DNA of 63,982 bases, counting the filler, from Octopus bimaculoides (taxonomy: Eukaryota), in assembly GCF_001194135.2 (NCBI RefSeq). It is 5 parts of 5 records of this genome, joined end to end, with 100 filler letters (N's around TTAATTAATTAA, not from the genome) between each part and the next. Parts side by side here need not be neighbours in the genome. Positions count along the whole stretch, not along the records: positions 1 to 25,736 come from NC_068987.1; positions 25,837 to 37,283 come from NC_068988.1; 3 more parts are not named here. The stretch is one strand, 5' to 3'. The stretch's first letter is position 1. Each line of letters begins with the position of its first letter. The translations under genes were made by a program, and so were the position numbers. The notes under the pieces are model-generated. The model was not told the origin of the DNA, did not search any database, and was given only the letters and a program-made list of their open reading frames with translations. This document shows, piece after piece, positions 14,471 through 28,444 of the stretch.

Positions 14471-17400
14471 TTTTCTTGTTGTTCAGGAATTGAACTCGTT
14501 GTAGAACACCAGGAAAGCTAGGCACCGACGAGAATGAACTAGCTGCTCTGTTTCAGAGAACTTTCGCGTTCGGCATTTCAAAGGATAACTTCTAGAAATC
14601 ATTGACCAGGCGGAGTTAACGAGAAACGCTTCCAGTTCAAGATACATTGTGCAGGCTCGAAATTGTCCCTTGTGTTTGCTGAGCGACAAAACTATTCTGC
14701 ATGTACTCATGCAATTTCCGAGTATTTCAGACTTATGTAGCTATGTCGAACTGCTTTTGTCCCCTGTGGAAGGGATCCGACTAATGATCGACTCCTGCGT
14801 GATTATCGCTGGTCATTTTTAGCAAGGCAGAGTAAGCGATGTCGGTCTGTCTAGTGGGTATGGTGACAGAGTTCATGTGTTGGACGAGGCTGAAAGTAAT
14901 GAGGAAGGAATGACACCGCCCTCTTCGGTCAAGGTCTAGCCGTTTTTTTTTTTGACTAGGAAAAGAAAGTGCGAAGAGGGAGTGCTACCTTCTACTGACA
15001 TTATTAATAGATGGATGCCTGTGGCAAATGCGGTAATCTAATAACTATGCACCTGTAGATCGGACGTCATGAGAGGGGACTCGCACCTTTGGTGGCAGAG
15101 TAATACTGAATGTTTAGGGTACTTGACTGGCCCATTTATCGTGTATGAGAACTTCATCATTTATGGTATCACACACTTTTAACACTATGTGTACTTTTAT
15201 CACGTTTCACCGTCTTTTCCATATCTTTCTCTCTATCATCGATGTAACTCCCCACACAAATTGTTATTTGTCCATGTGCTGTGTTCCTTATCTACTCCAC
15301 TGGGGCTAATAAAAGAAATCATCCTCATCATCATAATCAACATCACCGTCGTCATTATTACGGTCTATTAATATTATTGTATACGTAGAAGGCTGTGTGA
15401 ACAAACATCGTTAAAACATATTCTACTGACATTCATAATGCACTTCCGAGAATAGTAGTAAAGAGAAGATATTTCAGCTGAAGGCGGAATGGAGTAAAAA
15501 TCTCGGACTAACGACACGAAAATCAATATTTACGGGGAAAAGTTTTGAAATTATTGAAGCTTCTCGAGACCAAAAGTATGAAAATTATGTATATCGTTTG
15601 CAAGTAATGCATTTGAAGAAAGAGAAGAAATAGTTGGGCGTGAATTGTTGAGTGTAAAATACTTGTCCAGAGGAGATTTAAGTATTAGAGGTATGACGAA
15701 GACGTTACAAGCGTACATTCGCGGGAATCGATTTGTAGTCCTGGGATAGTTGTATGATTATAAAACAGAATGTGTTGCTGCAAAGGACCATATGAATGGA
15801 CTATTAGATATAAACAGTCAAACACTTGTGTAAGTAGAACATTCATTAACAGCAGTTATAGATATCAATGTTAAAATTCTTTTCGGACTATTGTCTTTTA
15901 TAAAATCTGTGAATTCATAGATTTGTGTAAGGAGAGTTAAATTCCCCCAACTGTGTGAAACAAGCGAAAAAATAAACTGCCTTGAGAATCTAGGAAACGT
16001 TAAGATAACAAACATTTATTCATTGTCTTCACTCCATCCTTTCATACACACATCAGTAAAAAAGAACAGCTGAAGAAACGGCAAATTTAATAAATTATAA
16101 AGCGGTCCATTCAGAATCGTCGATCAATGGAGTTTATATATAATCGATACGAACGTGTGTACATGTCAATCATATGCTGCAGGATATTGAGCCTCTAAGA
16201 AAACAATGCTGCAAGCAGGGTCACATCATAACCAGCAGAACTCTTCGCCCCATATGAAGCGAAAGATTATGCGTTCCGAACACATCAGACCCTAGTACCA
16301 AAAGAAGTAATGTATCAAAAATTTTAACAAGACGTTCCTCTAGTTCTAGCAAATTTAAGTGTGACCGACCGGAAGGTTCATTATATTTTCATATGTTCTT
16401 TGTATATGTATCTGATGACAGACGTCATAAACATCATAGAATTTGCTCTAGAAACACCAAGCCATCTACTTAATATGATTCATCCGGCAGGTTTTACAAA
16501 TGCGTCTTCACTTCGGTGATGATTTCATTGAGTATCTGTCGTGTCAAATACACCAACAGTGTAATCGTTCATAGCAGCTGTCTAATTCGTCTAATTCTTG
16601 TTGGATTCCTTGTGCAATTCATCAAAATCCGAACCATAAAGAAGAGAAAAATGTGGCATGCACTTTTGAAGTTTAGAGCGTGTAATTAGAAAGATTTCTG
16701 GTGTAGAGCCAAAGTTATTTCAGGTCAGGCACTGCTGAACATTGCATTTATTCAGATTATGGAAAAGGTTCAGAAGTAACCGCAGTTGAATATCTCATAT
16801 GCTTTAGTTTGAGCAACATTCATTCACGGGATATAACACAAATGTGTGCCTTTGCGTGACCTCAAATAACAACATATTCCATCCATTTGTTATCTAATTT
16901 ACTAAAGCATTTAACATTTACTACGTTGAGCAGAGTTACTGAGCGCAACATTTCTACTAATTCACTCTCTTTAACCTCCTTTCTTCTGCAACGTTATTAC
17001 TTTGTGGCTCATACTAATCTTTCGAACATAAGAACAGTGAAAGATATCATATTGCTAAAAGCGACACGAATGTCACCAAGAAATTTCAAGATTCAAAGAA
17101 ATGTAATTCATAAAGAAAGAGAAAAGAGAAATTTAATTTGTTTACTTCCCTTAGTATTCATCACATATAATTGCATTACATTTCATTATTACTAAATTTG
17201 TTCATAAATTTCATTAGGTTTTCAATTTTTCTTGCTAATAGACAGAATTGTCAAGTCTCGTATAATATGAAGCATTCAACGCCGCTTGTGTTTCTATGTC
17301 TATATTTATAGTTTATTGTTTATGGCAAAATCAAGAAATAAACTAATATAATTCATTTATATGCCAAGGAGAAATTAATTTGACACTTGCTTCAGTAAGA

Positions 17401-17884
17401 TGTGTTACTAAACGTCTCTTTATTATATATGTGCAGAGGTATGCGTTCATATGCATATAGAGAGAAAACACACAGACAATAACATGCACAATCATATAGA
17501 TATGTTAACATGAGGATGTATTCATATGTACGAGTACATATACATGGGTGTGTGTGTATGTGTGTGGGTGTGTTCGTGCATATGCATTTATTCGAATATG
17601 TATATATATATATTCAAACATATATCTAATTACACACACACATACGCAACAAACACACAACACACACACACGCTCACACAAACATATATATATGTATGTA
17701 TACGTATACGCATTCGCAAGGAAGTATAAGTACGTTTCGACAGCCGTAGCAACAAAACTGTCACATACATGCAGACACAGAAAACTAAGCTAAAGAAACG
17801 CATATCTATACACGTTTGTGCGTGATTGTGCATAGAAAAATATTAATTTATATATAGGACAGTTATATAGATAAATACGTTCAG

Positions 17885-17924
<40 letters not shown>

Positions 17925-18384
17925 GCACTTATTATCTATGTACCTGTTCTATATAACGTTATTCTATGTACATGCACACGCATAAGTATATCTATGTGCC
18001 TCTCTTGAAATATATGTGTAAGAGTGTGTGTGCGCATGTGGGTGAATGTGTATGCGTGTCTGTGTGTGAGCGCGTACATGTGGTAATTAGTGGGAACTGT
18101 TATTTTGGGACATAATTATCAAAGAGTGAAAAGAGCATGCACATATAATTACCTATAACTCTTATTATATTTCGATGAGATAAAATCCTTAATGTCTCTA
18201 GTTGCAAAGGAAAATACCATTTCGTCATTTTGTGTCATGTTCAGCATTGATTTACCTTTTGTAATTATTTTTTATGTAGTAGCATTTAATTATTTTAAAA
18301 CAGACACATACATACACAAAATGTGGTGTGTTTTTCCCTATATGTATATGATAGAATATGATAGACAGACACATTGATAGAGAG

Positions 18385-18510
<126 letters not shown>

Positions 18511-19904
18511 AGATAGTTTGTCAGAATAATAGATAGGTAGAAGAATTGATACTAGATGACACAGTGTTTTTGAAATAATATGAAATGTAAGGGCTATTTT
18601 TCAATGAATATGTAATTTCTTTCACACCAGTTATTGATACATAACAATTTGATATAGATTGTAGCGCACCATAATTCAGTTGAGTTTTCTAATAGTCAAA
18701 CTAATTTAGATTTGTGGAAATATATCTGGAGTATGTGGACTATATATATATATATGAACTTTTATGTATTGTATCCGTTATAAATGACGGATAAGGCCTG
18801 AAACTAACTTCATTATGTTGCCCTATATAAGAGATAAACGGGGCCGAAACTATCATGTTTACTTCCAGTTGCAACTTTCGCATAATAAATATTATATAAC
18901 AGTTCATATTATATGAATCATGAAATAAGCACACAGACATACTCTTATGTATATGTGTATATTTATAAATGTGTGTTAGTTTCTGAAGTGACTTTCATTA
19001 CTTATTAACGTTATTCGCTATTATGAATGCACTAAAAAGTGTTTGAAACGTTTAACAATACAAATGTTCGTCGCTTACATGAACCTCAGTAATAGACATT
19101 TAACTTCATTTTAAAGAAAACTGTATGTAGAAAAGAAGGATTTCACAGTTGTTGTTTGAACATAGAGCACTAAGACTGGAACAAGTAATGCATCGCCGTA
19201 TTTATAAAGTTCTAATAATCCCGTCAATCTGTAGTCCTTGTTAGCTGCATGAACCCTGTAGAGAAGTGGGGGTATGATATATTCAAATGACCATTAAGCA
19301 TCTTCAGACAATTATACCGACTACCTAATATTTATTTTACTTTTCGGGTTTCTCAGTAACTACGTATATATTTAAGAGGATAATAAGAGAATGTTTACGA
19401 GAATATTTATAACATAAGAATTCATATCTGCTCCGCATGTAAGACTTCAGTCTTCATGTTCGTGAGAGTTCGGTATGTGTGTGTGTGTATGTGTATGTGT
19501 GGGTGTGTATGTGTGTGTGTGTGTATGTGTGTGTGTTTGTGTGTGTGTGTGTGTGGAAGGTAAGAGGGATAGTGGTGAAAACAGAAGGAACTTATGAAGG
19601 GTCTGGCAGAAATACTGTCCGCTTGGGGGTTTGAGTCAGAAGTGCGAGAGTGAGTGTACGCTGGCTTTGGAGTGTATCCTGTTTTCAGAATTACTGGAGT
19701 GTTGTCGAGTGGTGTGTGCACGTGTATAAATGCGAGCAAATGGAAAATCATAGCGGCGGTGGTTAACGAGCCTGTTGGCTCTTTATGTTTGTGTGTTAAC
19801 ATTCATACACACAGACACGCAAGCACACACACATACACACACAAACTTATATATAATAATAAATATGTATCATTATATATGTGTCTTTTTTTTATATATT
19901 TAAC

Positions 19905-20346
19905 CGTTTATTTGCCTCAGTCATTGGACTGCAGCCATGCTGAAGTATCAGTTACGTAATTTTCAATCTAACGAATCGACTACAGTATATTTACTTTTTA
20001 AGCCTGGTACTTATTCTGTCCGAATCTTTTCCTGAACTGCTAAGTTACGGAGCCGTAGACATAGCCACACTCATTGTCAAGCGATATTTATACATACATA
20101 AATAGACACACACACACACACACCCACACACACACACACACACACACCCACACACACACACACACACATANNNNNNNNNNATACGACCGGTTTCTTCCAG
20201 CTTCTGTCAACCGAATCCACTCACAACGATTTAGCTTGACGAAGGAAATAGTAAAAAACACTTGCCAAAAGTGCCACACAATGGGACTGAACCCGGAACA
20301 ATGTGGTTGGGAAAAAAATCCATACTACACAGCCACGCCTGCGCCT
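19905..20346 (-). mobile_element. SINE family 1 copy
   Basis: Same head, microsatellite and 3' block as 2296-2797. Confidence 0.8.
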
Positions 20347-20360
20347 AGAATAAGTTACCA

Positions 20361-20425
20361 GATTGATTCGAACCCTCGACCCCTATTTTACTAGATTGGC
20401 GCTCTACCCAACTGAACTATGGAGC
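20361..20425 (-). pseudogene. tRNA-Thr(AGT)-like relic or SINE head
   Basis: GCTCCATAGTTCAGTTGGGTAGAGCGCCAAT CTAGTAA AATAGGGGTCGAGGGTTCGAATC. Anticodon and T stems are broken and the 3' acceptor strand is absent. Confidence 0.55.
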
Positions 20426-22961
20426 TACTTATGTAAAAGCATAAATAACGCCCGCCATCTTTTATCGCTGTGAGCCTATGCACTACATTTTACTATTATT
20501 ATTATTACATAGATGGACGTATATAAAATCTATAGATATGCATATTTATATTTTTTTGAAAGCGCGCGCACGCAGACATACACACAACACACACGCACAG
20601 TACATTACTATGAACGCAATTTAAAGGTAAATGTCATCTACTAAGAAATCTGAATTTACAATCACGAGTACTGTTACTATGATATGTAACAGGATGAAAT
20701 CGAAAAGTTTAATAGATTACTACAGTCACCCAATATTTCCGAATAACACAGTGGGTAGACAAGTCCAAACCAAAGTCCACCCAAAATACTGACTAACGTT
20801 TGTCTCTTCGACTTTTTTATTCTCAGTTTGTGTATAAATCTTTCAAGGTGTTTTGTTTAATTTTGTACTACGTGATTTTATCGGACTGATATCTACATAC
20901 TCAGACAATATCTTATGTTATGTACATTTATTTTGTGTATTCAATTTAAAACTATTCGAAGACGCTACGCTAATTATCAAATTTGGTATTGTCGAATGAG
21001 ATAACTTTTGTGTTTCATTAATTATTTGATGGTATCTATTTTGCGTCAGAAAATTCATTCTGTTTCAGGCATCTTCAAAACAGATGTTTTCTCCTGTTTA
21101 CTGAAAGGCAGATTACAACAGATAATAATCCCTTACTGTTTCTTTTCGTATTTCTCTTAAGTTTTGTTGCTTTCTTTTTTGGCACAGGGATTAGAGTCTA
21201 TCTTATTGTTTAAACTGGAATATAACTCACAAATCTATATCACTTCAGTGTCGTTACAGTGCTTGTGTTCATTCAATGCCAAATTATCAGCATTCATGAC
21301 GGCCACTCTACTATTTTCACCCATTGTCTGCACGACAATGATGAAATCTATCGTTGAAATCGAGTGATACTGAATTAGGAAACTAAACCTGGAAGCTAAA
21401 TACCGTCAGCCAGAAGAAATGAGTTAAAAATGGTTTTCGTTGGATACTGAACACGGAAATTACTGGTTAATATACACTGACACAAGACATCCATGCAACG
21501 TGCAATGATATGTTTCAATTAAGAGTTTTGAAGTATATAATAAACTACAAACGAAATAACACGAATAGTACAGAGAAAGAAAACTGAAAAAAAACAAAAA
21601 AAAAAACAGATGCCATTACAAGAGACGCACGCCGAGAGGCAATCACACATATCCATTTATATATCACATAAACAGCAATAATAATTACGCTGCTGCTGTT
21701 GATGATGATGATGATGGTGAACACGATGTTGATGATGATGATGATGATGAACACGATGGTAATGATGATTATTGTTCTTAATGTTGTTGTTCTTGTCGTT
21801 GTTATCATCCTCATCATCATCATCATCATCATCACCCTCATTACCGTCATCATCGTTGTCGTCATCATCATCATCATTATCATCATCAACACTATATATT
21901 AGACCAGCATGTGAATAAAAATCTGCTTTTATGTTGCTGTAACCACATTTCGTTAGCCTAAAACAAAAGGATTCTATAAATTGAGTTTGGAATACAAAAG
22001 GTTGGATCAAATTCTTGCGACAAAAAGCAAAATATAAAAAAAATAATAAATACCGTAGAAGAAATTCACAAAAAGAAGGGAAAACGAACTACTGTATATA
22101 TTCTAATAGTGTAATTTACGAGAGTGCATGCTAGATAAGTGAATGTGCCGATTCTGTCCATATCTTAATGAGATGAAACAAATCTTGAGTGGGGAAATAT
22201 ATAAAATAAAAAGAAATATGCATAAAATTGGTAACAGAGGAGAAACATACGGAATGATATTTATACAAATACATGTGCGTATATATATATATATATANNN
22301 NNNNNNNNNNNNNNNNNNNNNNNNNNNNNNNNNNNNNNNNNNNNNNNNNNNNNNNNNNNNNNNNNNNNNNNNNNNNNNNNNNNNNNNNNNNNNNNNNNNN
22401 NNNNNNNNNNNNNNNNNNNNNNNNNNNNNNNNNNNNNNNNNNNNNNNNNNNNNNNNNNNNNNNNNNNNNNNNNNNNNNNNNNNNNNNNNNNNNNNNNNNN
22501 NNNNNNNNNNNNNNNNNNNNNNNNNNNNNNNNNNNNNNNNNNNNNNNNNNNNNNNNNNNNNNNNNNNNNNNNNNNNNNNNNNNNNNNNNNNNNNNNNNNN
22601 NNNNNNNNNNNNNNNNNNNNNNNNNNNNNNNNNNNNNNNNNNNNNNNNNNNNNNNNNNNNNNNNNNNNNNNNNNNNNNNNNNNNNNNNNNNNNNNNNNNN
22701 NNNNNNNNNNNNNNNNNNNNNNNNNNNNNNNNNNNNNNNNNNNNNNNNNNNNNNNNNNNNNNNNNNNNNNNNNNNNNNNNNNNNNNNNNNNNNNNNNNNN
22801 NNNNNNNNNNNNNNNNNNNNNNNNNNNNNNNNNNNNNNNNNNNNNNNNNNNNNNNNNNNNNNNNNNNNNNNNNNNNNNNNNNNNNNNNNNNNNNNNNNNN
22901 NNNNNNNNNNNNNNNNNNNNNNNNNNNNNNNNNNNNNNNNNNNNNNNNNNNNNNNNNNNNN

Positions 22962-23008
<47 letters not shown>

Positions 23009-23170
23009 CGACGGGCTTCTTTCAGTTTCTGTCTACCAAATTCATTCACAAGGCTTTGGTCGGACCTAGGCTATGATAGAAGACATCTGCCCAATGTGCC
23101 ACGCAGTGGGATTGAACCCGGAACCATGTGGTTTGGAAGCAAACTTCATACCACACAGCCACTCTTGCGC
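22962..23170 (-). mobile_element. SINE family 1, 5' half
   Basis: GTGGCTGTGTGGTATGAAG...GGTTCAATCCC...TTGGGCAGATGTCTTCTATCATAGCC. Confidence 0.8.
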
Positions 23171-23780
23171 CTTTATACATACATACATACATGCATACAT
23201 ACATACATACATACATACATACAATGGTATATCCACAAACACACCTTCGTTTATGTACAGTTTTGAACAGCTTTTTGCACTGAATATTGCCTATCTTCTT
23301 TTCAATATTTATCAAGATTTGTTCCATTATCAATCTGGGAGTTTCTGCAAGTTTGTTTTATACTGGAAATGTACGAAATACATCATTTTCAGATCTTCGT
23401 AATGTTATTTTTATCTTCGTATAGTTATTTTTTTTTGTATCTTCGTATAGTTATTTTATATTTTGCTGCTATTTCTTTGTGATCCAATGCCCGTCTAGAC
23501 AGTACTCAAAGTATTTAAACTTTTACTGTCAAAATTATACTGCCTCAGTCAGCGCCTAATATAAGTGCTACCGTGTTCATATATGTTTTGTGACATCCCA
23601 TGGGTACTGATTTTGTAACTAATCACTTGTTTCTTTACTAATTTTGCGAAGTTTTTGTCGACCACTATTCCCTTCCTTTTCCGTCTACTTATGCCTTGTA
23701 ATGTATTCTTTAGTATATAATATAGTGTAATTCCATTCGTTTACTGTTTATACAAACATCTGCACTCACTTACAAGTTAG

Positions 23781-23833
<53 letters not shown>

Positions 23834-24173
23834 CATTTGTGTTTGTGTATTCTTGTGTGTGTCTGTGTGCATGTGTGTGTGTGAGTGTGTGTGTACATAC
23901 ACACATGCATACACCTATATATATATATATAAAATATATTGAGAGAGAGAGAGAAAGAGAAAGAGTATAAAATAGGACGTTATCCTCGCGGGTACCCCAT
24001 TATCTCTCAAATTGGTCTAAATACCAGCTATCTAGAACGGTCCATCCTATAGTACGCAAGCTTAAAAAGAGATACCGGTAAACTTCACTCATTGGGTAAC
24101 ACCGTGTTCGTATTTAATTTTTTTTTAATATACGACTTTCAATATGAGTAGAAGAGCAGGATCCAGCTACCTG

Positions 24174-24404
24174 TCTTGACGTTAATTTAGATCTAAGCAC
24201 AAGCATATACAGCCCATATCAAAAGCCTAATATGAACCTTAGATACATTCATGAAAATAGCAATCAACCAAAACTCATAACCATATAGAAAATATATCAA
24301 TCCACATTACTAAACTATCGACGAACGAGGAAGTATTTAAACTAAACGAGCACTTTCATAATGTAGAATTAGAGACCGCGGGATATACAGAAAATTTAAA
24401 ATTC
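24174..24404 (+). mobile_element. Penelope-like RT C-terminal fragment
   Basis: LDVNLDL...YSPYQKPNMNLRYIHENSNQP, then after a frameshift LSTNEEVF...AGYTENLKF. Resembles PLE FLDV/KPND/SNHP motifs. Confidence 0.65.
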
Positions 24405-25457
24405 TTTTACGGTTGTAATAATAGAAATGATAAACGTAGTTGGATCGACCATCCTGGCAGTAATCAAATTTGAAGACATAATATGAATTAAAGGAGACAC
24501 GTGTAACCTGAAATTAGTTCTAATTGAGATTCAGCGTGACACATAGCTTGACAAGGCTGGCCTTTTGAAATACAGGTACTACTCATTGTTGCCAGCTGAG
24601 TGGACTAGAGAAACATGAAATAAAGTGTCTTGCTGAAGGACACAATGCGCCGCCGGGAATCGAACTCATTATCGTGAGCCGAATACCTTAACCACTAAGC
24701 CACACGCCTTCATTTAATATGAGTAACACCACTAACCTCCAAGTATGAACAGTGGGAAGAGTTAAAGATTGAAAGTCTGTGCATTTAAAATACAATACAA
24801 TTGAGTACATAGAACCAAAGAGAAGTTTACAAATTTACATGAATTTACATGAATTTATCACTTTTTATTGTGTTGTCTATTGTATATTTTATGTACTTTG
24901 TTCTTAGTGCTCGCACTTGGGCAGCACAGATTAGAGCCTCCTTTACCGGTTATAAATCACTTTTAGTCATCAACAGCCATCTTCTGTTCTCTGTCGCTCC
25001 GTCTTATCTTCAACATCCCTATGAAATTGACCATGCATTCTTTTCTTTATTCACATATTTTCAGTTTCATTCGTTTACAATTTCTAGTATAATTTTTTAT
25101 TTTTGCAAATAAATCGGGTAGTGACTTATATACGAATGGATCGCCCAAGAGGTCGTCTTTAGTTAGGTAAGGTAACCAATACTTAAGCTATGACAGCAGT
25201 ACTACACAAATAACTGACAAATATAGTAAGAGACACACTTAAAGCCGAAATTAAAATCAGGTCAATAGTCTACCCGCTTTTATAAAAAACTTAGGTAGAA
25301 AAAGAAACCTTAATACAGATGCGTCTAGTAAAATCGATTGGTATAATTCCCTTTGGAAAACAAATAAATTCCAGTACTATATTTAAGAGATGAGGAATTA
25401 TGTACATTATTTACATTATTTACATTTGAAGGATATTTATCCTCATTTGTTTGTTGT

Positions 25458-25506
25458 AAACACAACGTTTCGGCTGATATAACTACCAGCTTTCATCAGG
25501 TGTCTT
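25458..25506 (-). ncRNA. Minimal type I hammerhead motif, family A copy 1
   Basis: AAGACAC CTGATGA AAGCTGGTAGTTATATCAGCC GAAAC GTT GTGTTT: intact core, helix I AGACAC/GUGUUU, ACGU palindrome. G10.1 is replaced by A. Confidence 0.75.
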
Positions 25507-25552
25507 GGGGATATTTCGAACCTGGGTTCTAATTCCTAAGGTATTTTTCGTT

Positions 25553-25736
<184 letters not shown>

Positions 25737-25836
25737 NNNNNNNNNNNNNNNNNNNNNNNNNNNNNNNNNNNNNNNNNNNNTTAATTAATTAANNNNNNNN
25801 NNNNNNNNNNNNNNNNNNNNNNNNNNNNNNNNNNNN
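25737..25836. other. Artificial scaffold join N44-TTAATTAATTAA-N44
   Basis: Exactly 100 bp with stops in all six frames. Identical blocks at 37284-37383, 58089-58188 and 62416-62515. Confidence 0.9.
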
Positions 25837-25883
<47 letters not shown>

Positions 25884-26857
25884 AACACACACATACACAC
25901 ACACACATAGCCACATGCACATACATTCAGATATATATGTGTGTATCTTTTAGATTTTGTTTACTTATACACAGTAACAAATGAGCCAATTGAACACTTC
26001 TGTGTGGTTGTTCAATTTGTGAGAAATAACAGCCAAATCTCTCTCATACTATGCTCTTGTTAGTATTAAGGAAAGGGAAAAATAGAATTCATACTTCTGA
26101 TTTTGTTTGGTTCTATGACTATAATTTATTCTTAAATGCTTTCCTCCATTACTTAATACAAACAAAAGAGAAATTGGAAAAATCCTGATCAAAACAGAGA
26201 AATTGTAACTTAACAAAAATGTAGAAAGAGAAAGAAAATGTTGTATTCGAAAGCCAAAGGTTGTCTTTTTTTAGCTGAGGTGTAATTTTATAATTTAAGC
26301 AAATTCAAAATTTAAATTTCGAAACAGAAGACGTAACATGTTATCTGGTGTATCACCGATTTCAAATAGGTAAAAGACCTAAAACAAATGTGAGTTTGTG
26401 TTTNNNNNNNNNNNNNNNNNNNNNNNNNNNNNNNNNNNNNNNNNNNNNNNNNNNNNNNNNNNNNNNNNNNNNNNNNNNNNNNNNNNNNNNNNNNNNNNNN
26501 NNNNNNNNNNNNNNNNNNNNNNNNNNNNNNNNNNNNNNNNNNNNNNNNNNNNNNNNNNNNNNNNNNNNNNNNNNNNNNNNNNNNNNNNNNNNNNNNNNNN
26601 NNNNNNNNNNNNNNNNNNNNNNNNNNNNNNNNNNNNNNNNNNNNNNNNNNNNNNNNNNNNNNNNNNNNNNNNNNNNNNNNNNNNNNNNNNNNNNNNNNNN
26701 NNNNNNNNNNNNNNNNNNNNNNNNNNNNNNNNNNNNNNNNNNNNNNNNNNNNNNNNNNNNNNNNNNNNNNNNNNNNNNNNNNNNNNNNNNNNNNNNNNNN
26801 NNNNNNNNNNNNNNNNNNNNNNNNNNNNNNNNNNNNNNNNNNNNNNNNNNNNNNNNN

Positions 26858-28005
26858 GTTCATGTGTAGATCAAATTGCCACTCTTCGCATCATCTTAGA
26901 GCAAATCGCAGAGTGGAATGCACCGCTTTATATTAATTTTATTAATTTCGAAAATGCATTTGATAGTGTAGATAGGGAAGGCTTATGGAAAATTATGCAG
27001 CACTACGGCATACCAGACAAGTATGTATCTATAATAAGAGCAACTTACCAAGGAATGTCATGCCGAGTTTTGTATGGAAACGGAGCTACGGATAAATTCG
27101 AAGTAAAATCAAGAGTTCGAAAGGGCTGTATACTTTCTAATAGTTATAGATGGGATTATGAAGGAAACTAAGATTGAAAGTCAAATAGCCATTGAATGGA
27201 CGGATGCAGAAGCTCTAGAAGATCTCGACTTTGCAGATGATATAGCGCTACTTTCACAAACATATAGCCAAAGGCAAAATAAAACGTCAAAATTAGAAGC
27301 AATAGCTGCCAAACTAGGATTGAAAGTCAACCACAACAAATAAAAAATTATGCGCATTAAGGAAGAAAACAGCGTACGTATTAAACTAGAAACCGGTGAA
27401 CTAGAGGATGTAGCCGATTTTACGTATTTAGGTAGTAAGATAAAGTTCTCAGGCGGCACAGATGAAGATATTAAGACGAGAATAAGTAAAGCAAGGACCG
27501 CTTTTCACCTGTTAAAAAAAGTATGGAGCGCAATTGTAATTTCAATAAAGAACAAAATAAGAATTTTTAACAATAACGTAAAAGTGGTGTTATTGTATGG
27601 GGCTGAGACAAGGCAAACAAGAGTTAAGTCAAATAAGCAAATACAATCATTCATCAACAGGTGCTTACGTAGTATACTTAAAATTAGATGATCCGAACAC
27701 ATAAGCAATGTGGAGCTATGGCAAAGAACGAATCAAGTTTCGATTAGGGAGCAAATATTTAAGAAAAAGTGGAAGTGGATTGGTAGCACAATTAGAAAAG
27801 ACACACCATATGTAGCGAAAAGTGCTTTACAGTGGAATCCGGGTGGATATAGAAAGAGGGGTACGCCTAAGAACTCGTGGCGTAGGTCAGCACAAAAGTA
27901 ACTAGAGAAAGGGGGGACATTCATGGCAGAGTATAAGTACAGAAGCGAAAACTTATGCGACATGGAATTCAATTATAAGTGGCCTATACTCCGCGTTAGA
28001 GTCCT
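26858..28005 (+). mobile_element. RTE-clade LINE, RT 3' half
   Basis: SCVDQIATLRII, AFDSVDR, DLDFADDIALL, FTYLGS, LLYGAET and QWNPGGYRKRG. Confidence 0.9.
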
Positions 28006-28019
28006 TTTATTATTATTAT

Positions 28020-28378
28020 CAATATTTTCTAATTGATGTATGAATACCAGCGTGTGACAAAAGAAACGTAGAAACTTTCGAAATACAACGATCTGGAAAT
28101 AGAGGTAACTCGAATGTGGAGACTAAAATCAGAAACAATTTCTATTATAGTGGATGCATTAGGTATGATAAAATAGCATTCAGACAAATACATAACTAAA
28201 ACAGCAGTGCTTACAAGTATATATAACATACAGAATATAGCAGTACTAGGCATCGCACACAGCCTATGTAAAACACTTTCAATACAGAGAAAAGAGCACC
28301 ACATCAAACCACAGCACATACCCAAGGCACACAACAGAGCTGCACTCTGTAGTGAAAGCACGTGATAAACTATGAAAA

Positions 28379-28381
<3 letters not shown>
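28020..28381 (+). mobile_element. R4/Dong-like LINE 3' end
   Basis: [19 protein letters not shown] plus a 3' UTR (ACCACAGCACATACCCAAGGCACAC) shared with 5383-5450, 11440-11545 and the coding part at 54990-55070. Ends in (AAT)n. Confidence 0.85.

Positions 28382-28443
<62 letters not shown>

Positions 28444-28444
<1 letters not shown>

Noticed and set aside
14483-15130. GC-richer stretch with a 75-aa ORF, possibly an L1/Tx1 relic
   Set aside because: Only faint motif resemblance, too weak to assign.
21164-21367. Short ORFs on both strands with plausible splice signals
   Set aside because: No recognisable domain; compatible with chance in AT-rich DNA.
25781-25792. Recurring TTAATTAATTAA palindrome (4 copies)
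   Set aside because: Always centred in an exact N44-12-N44 block: an assembly linker, not biology.
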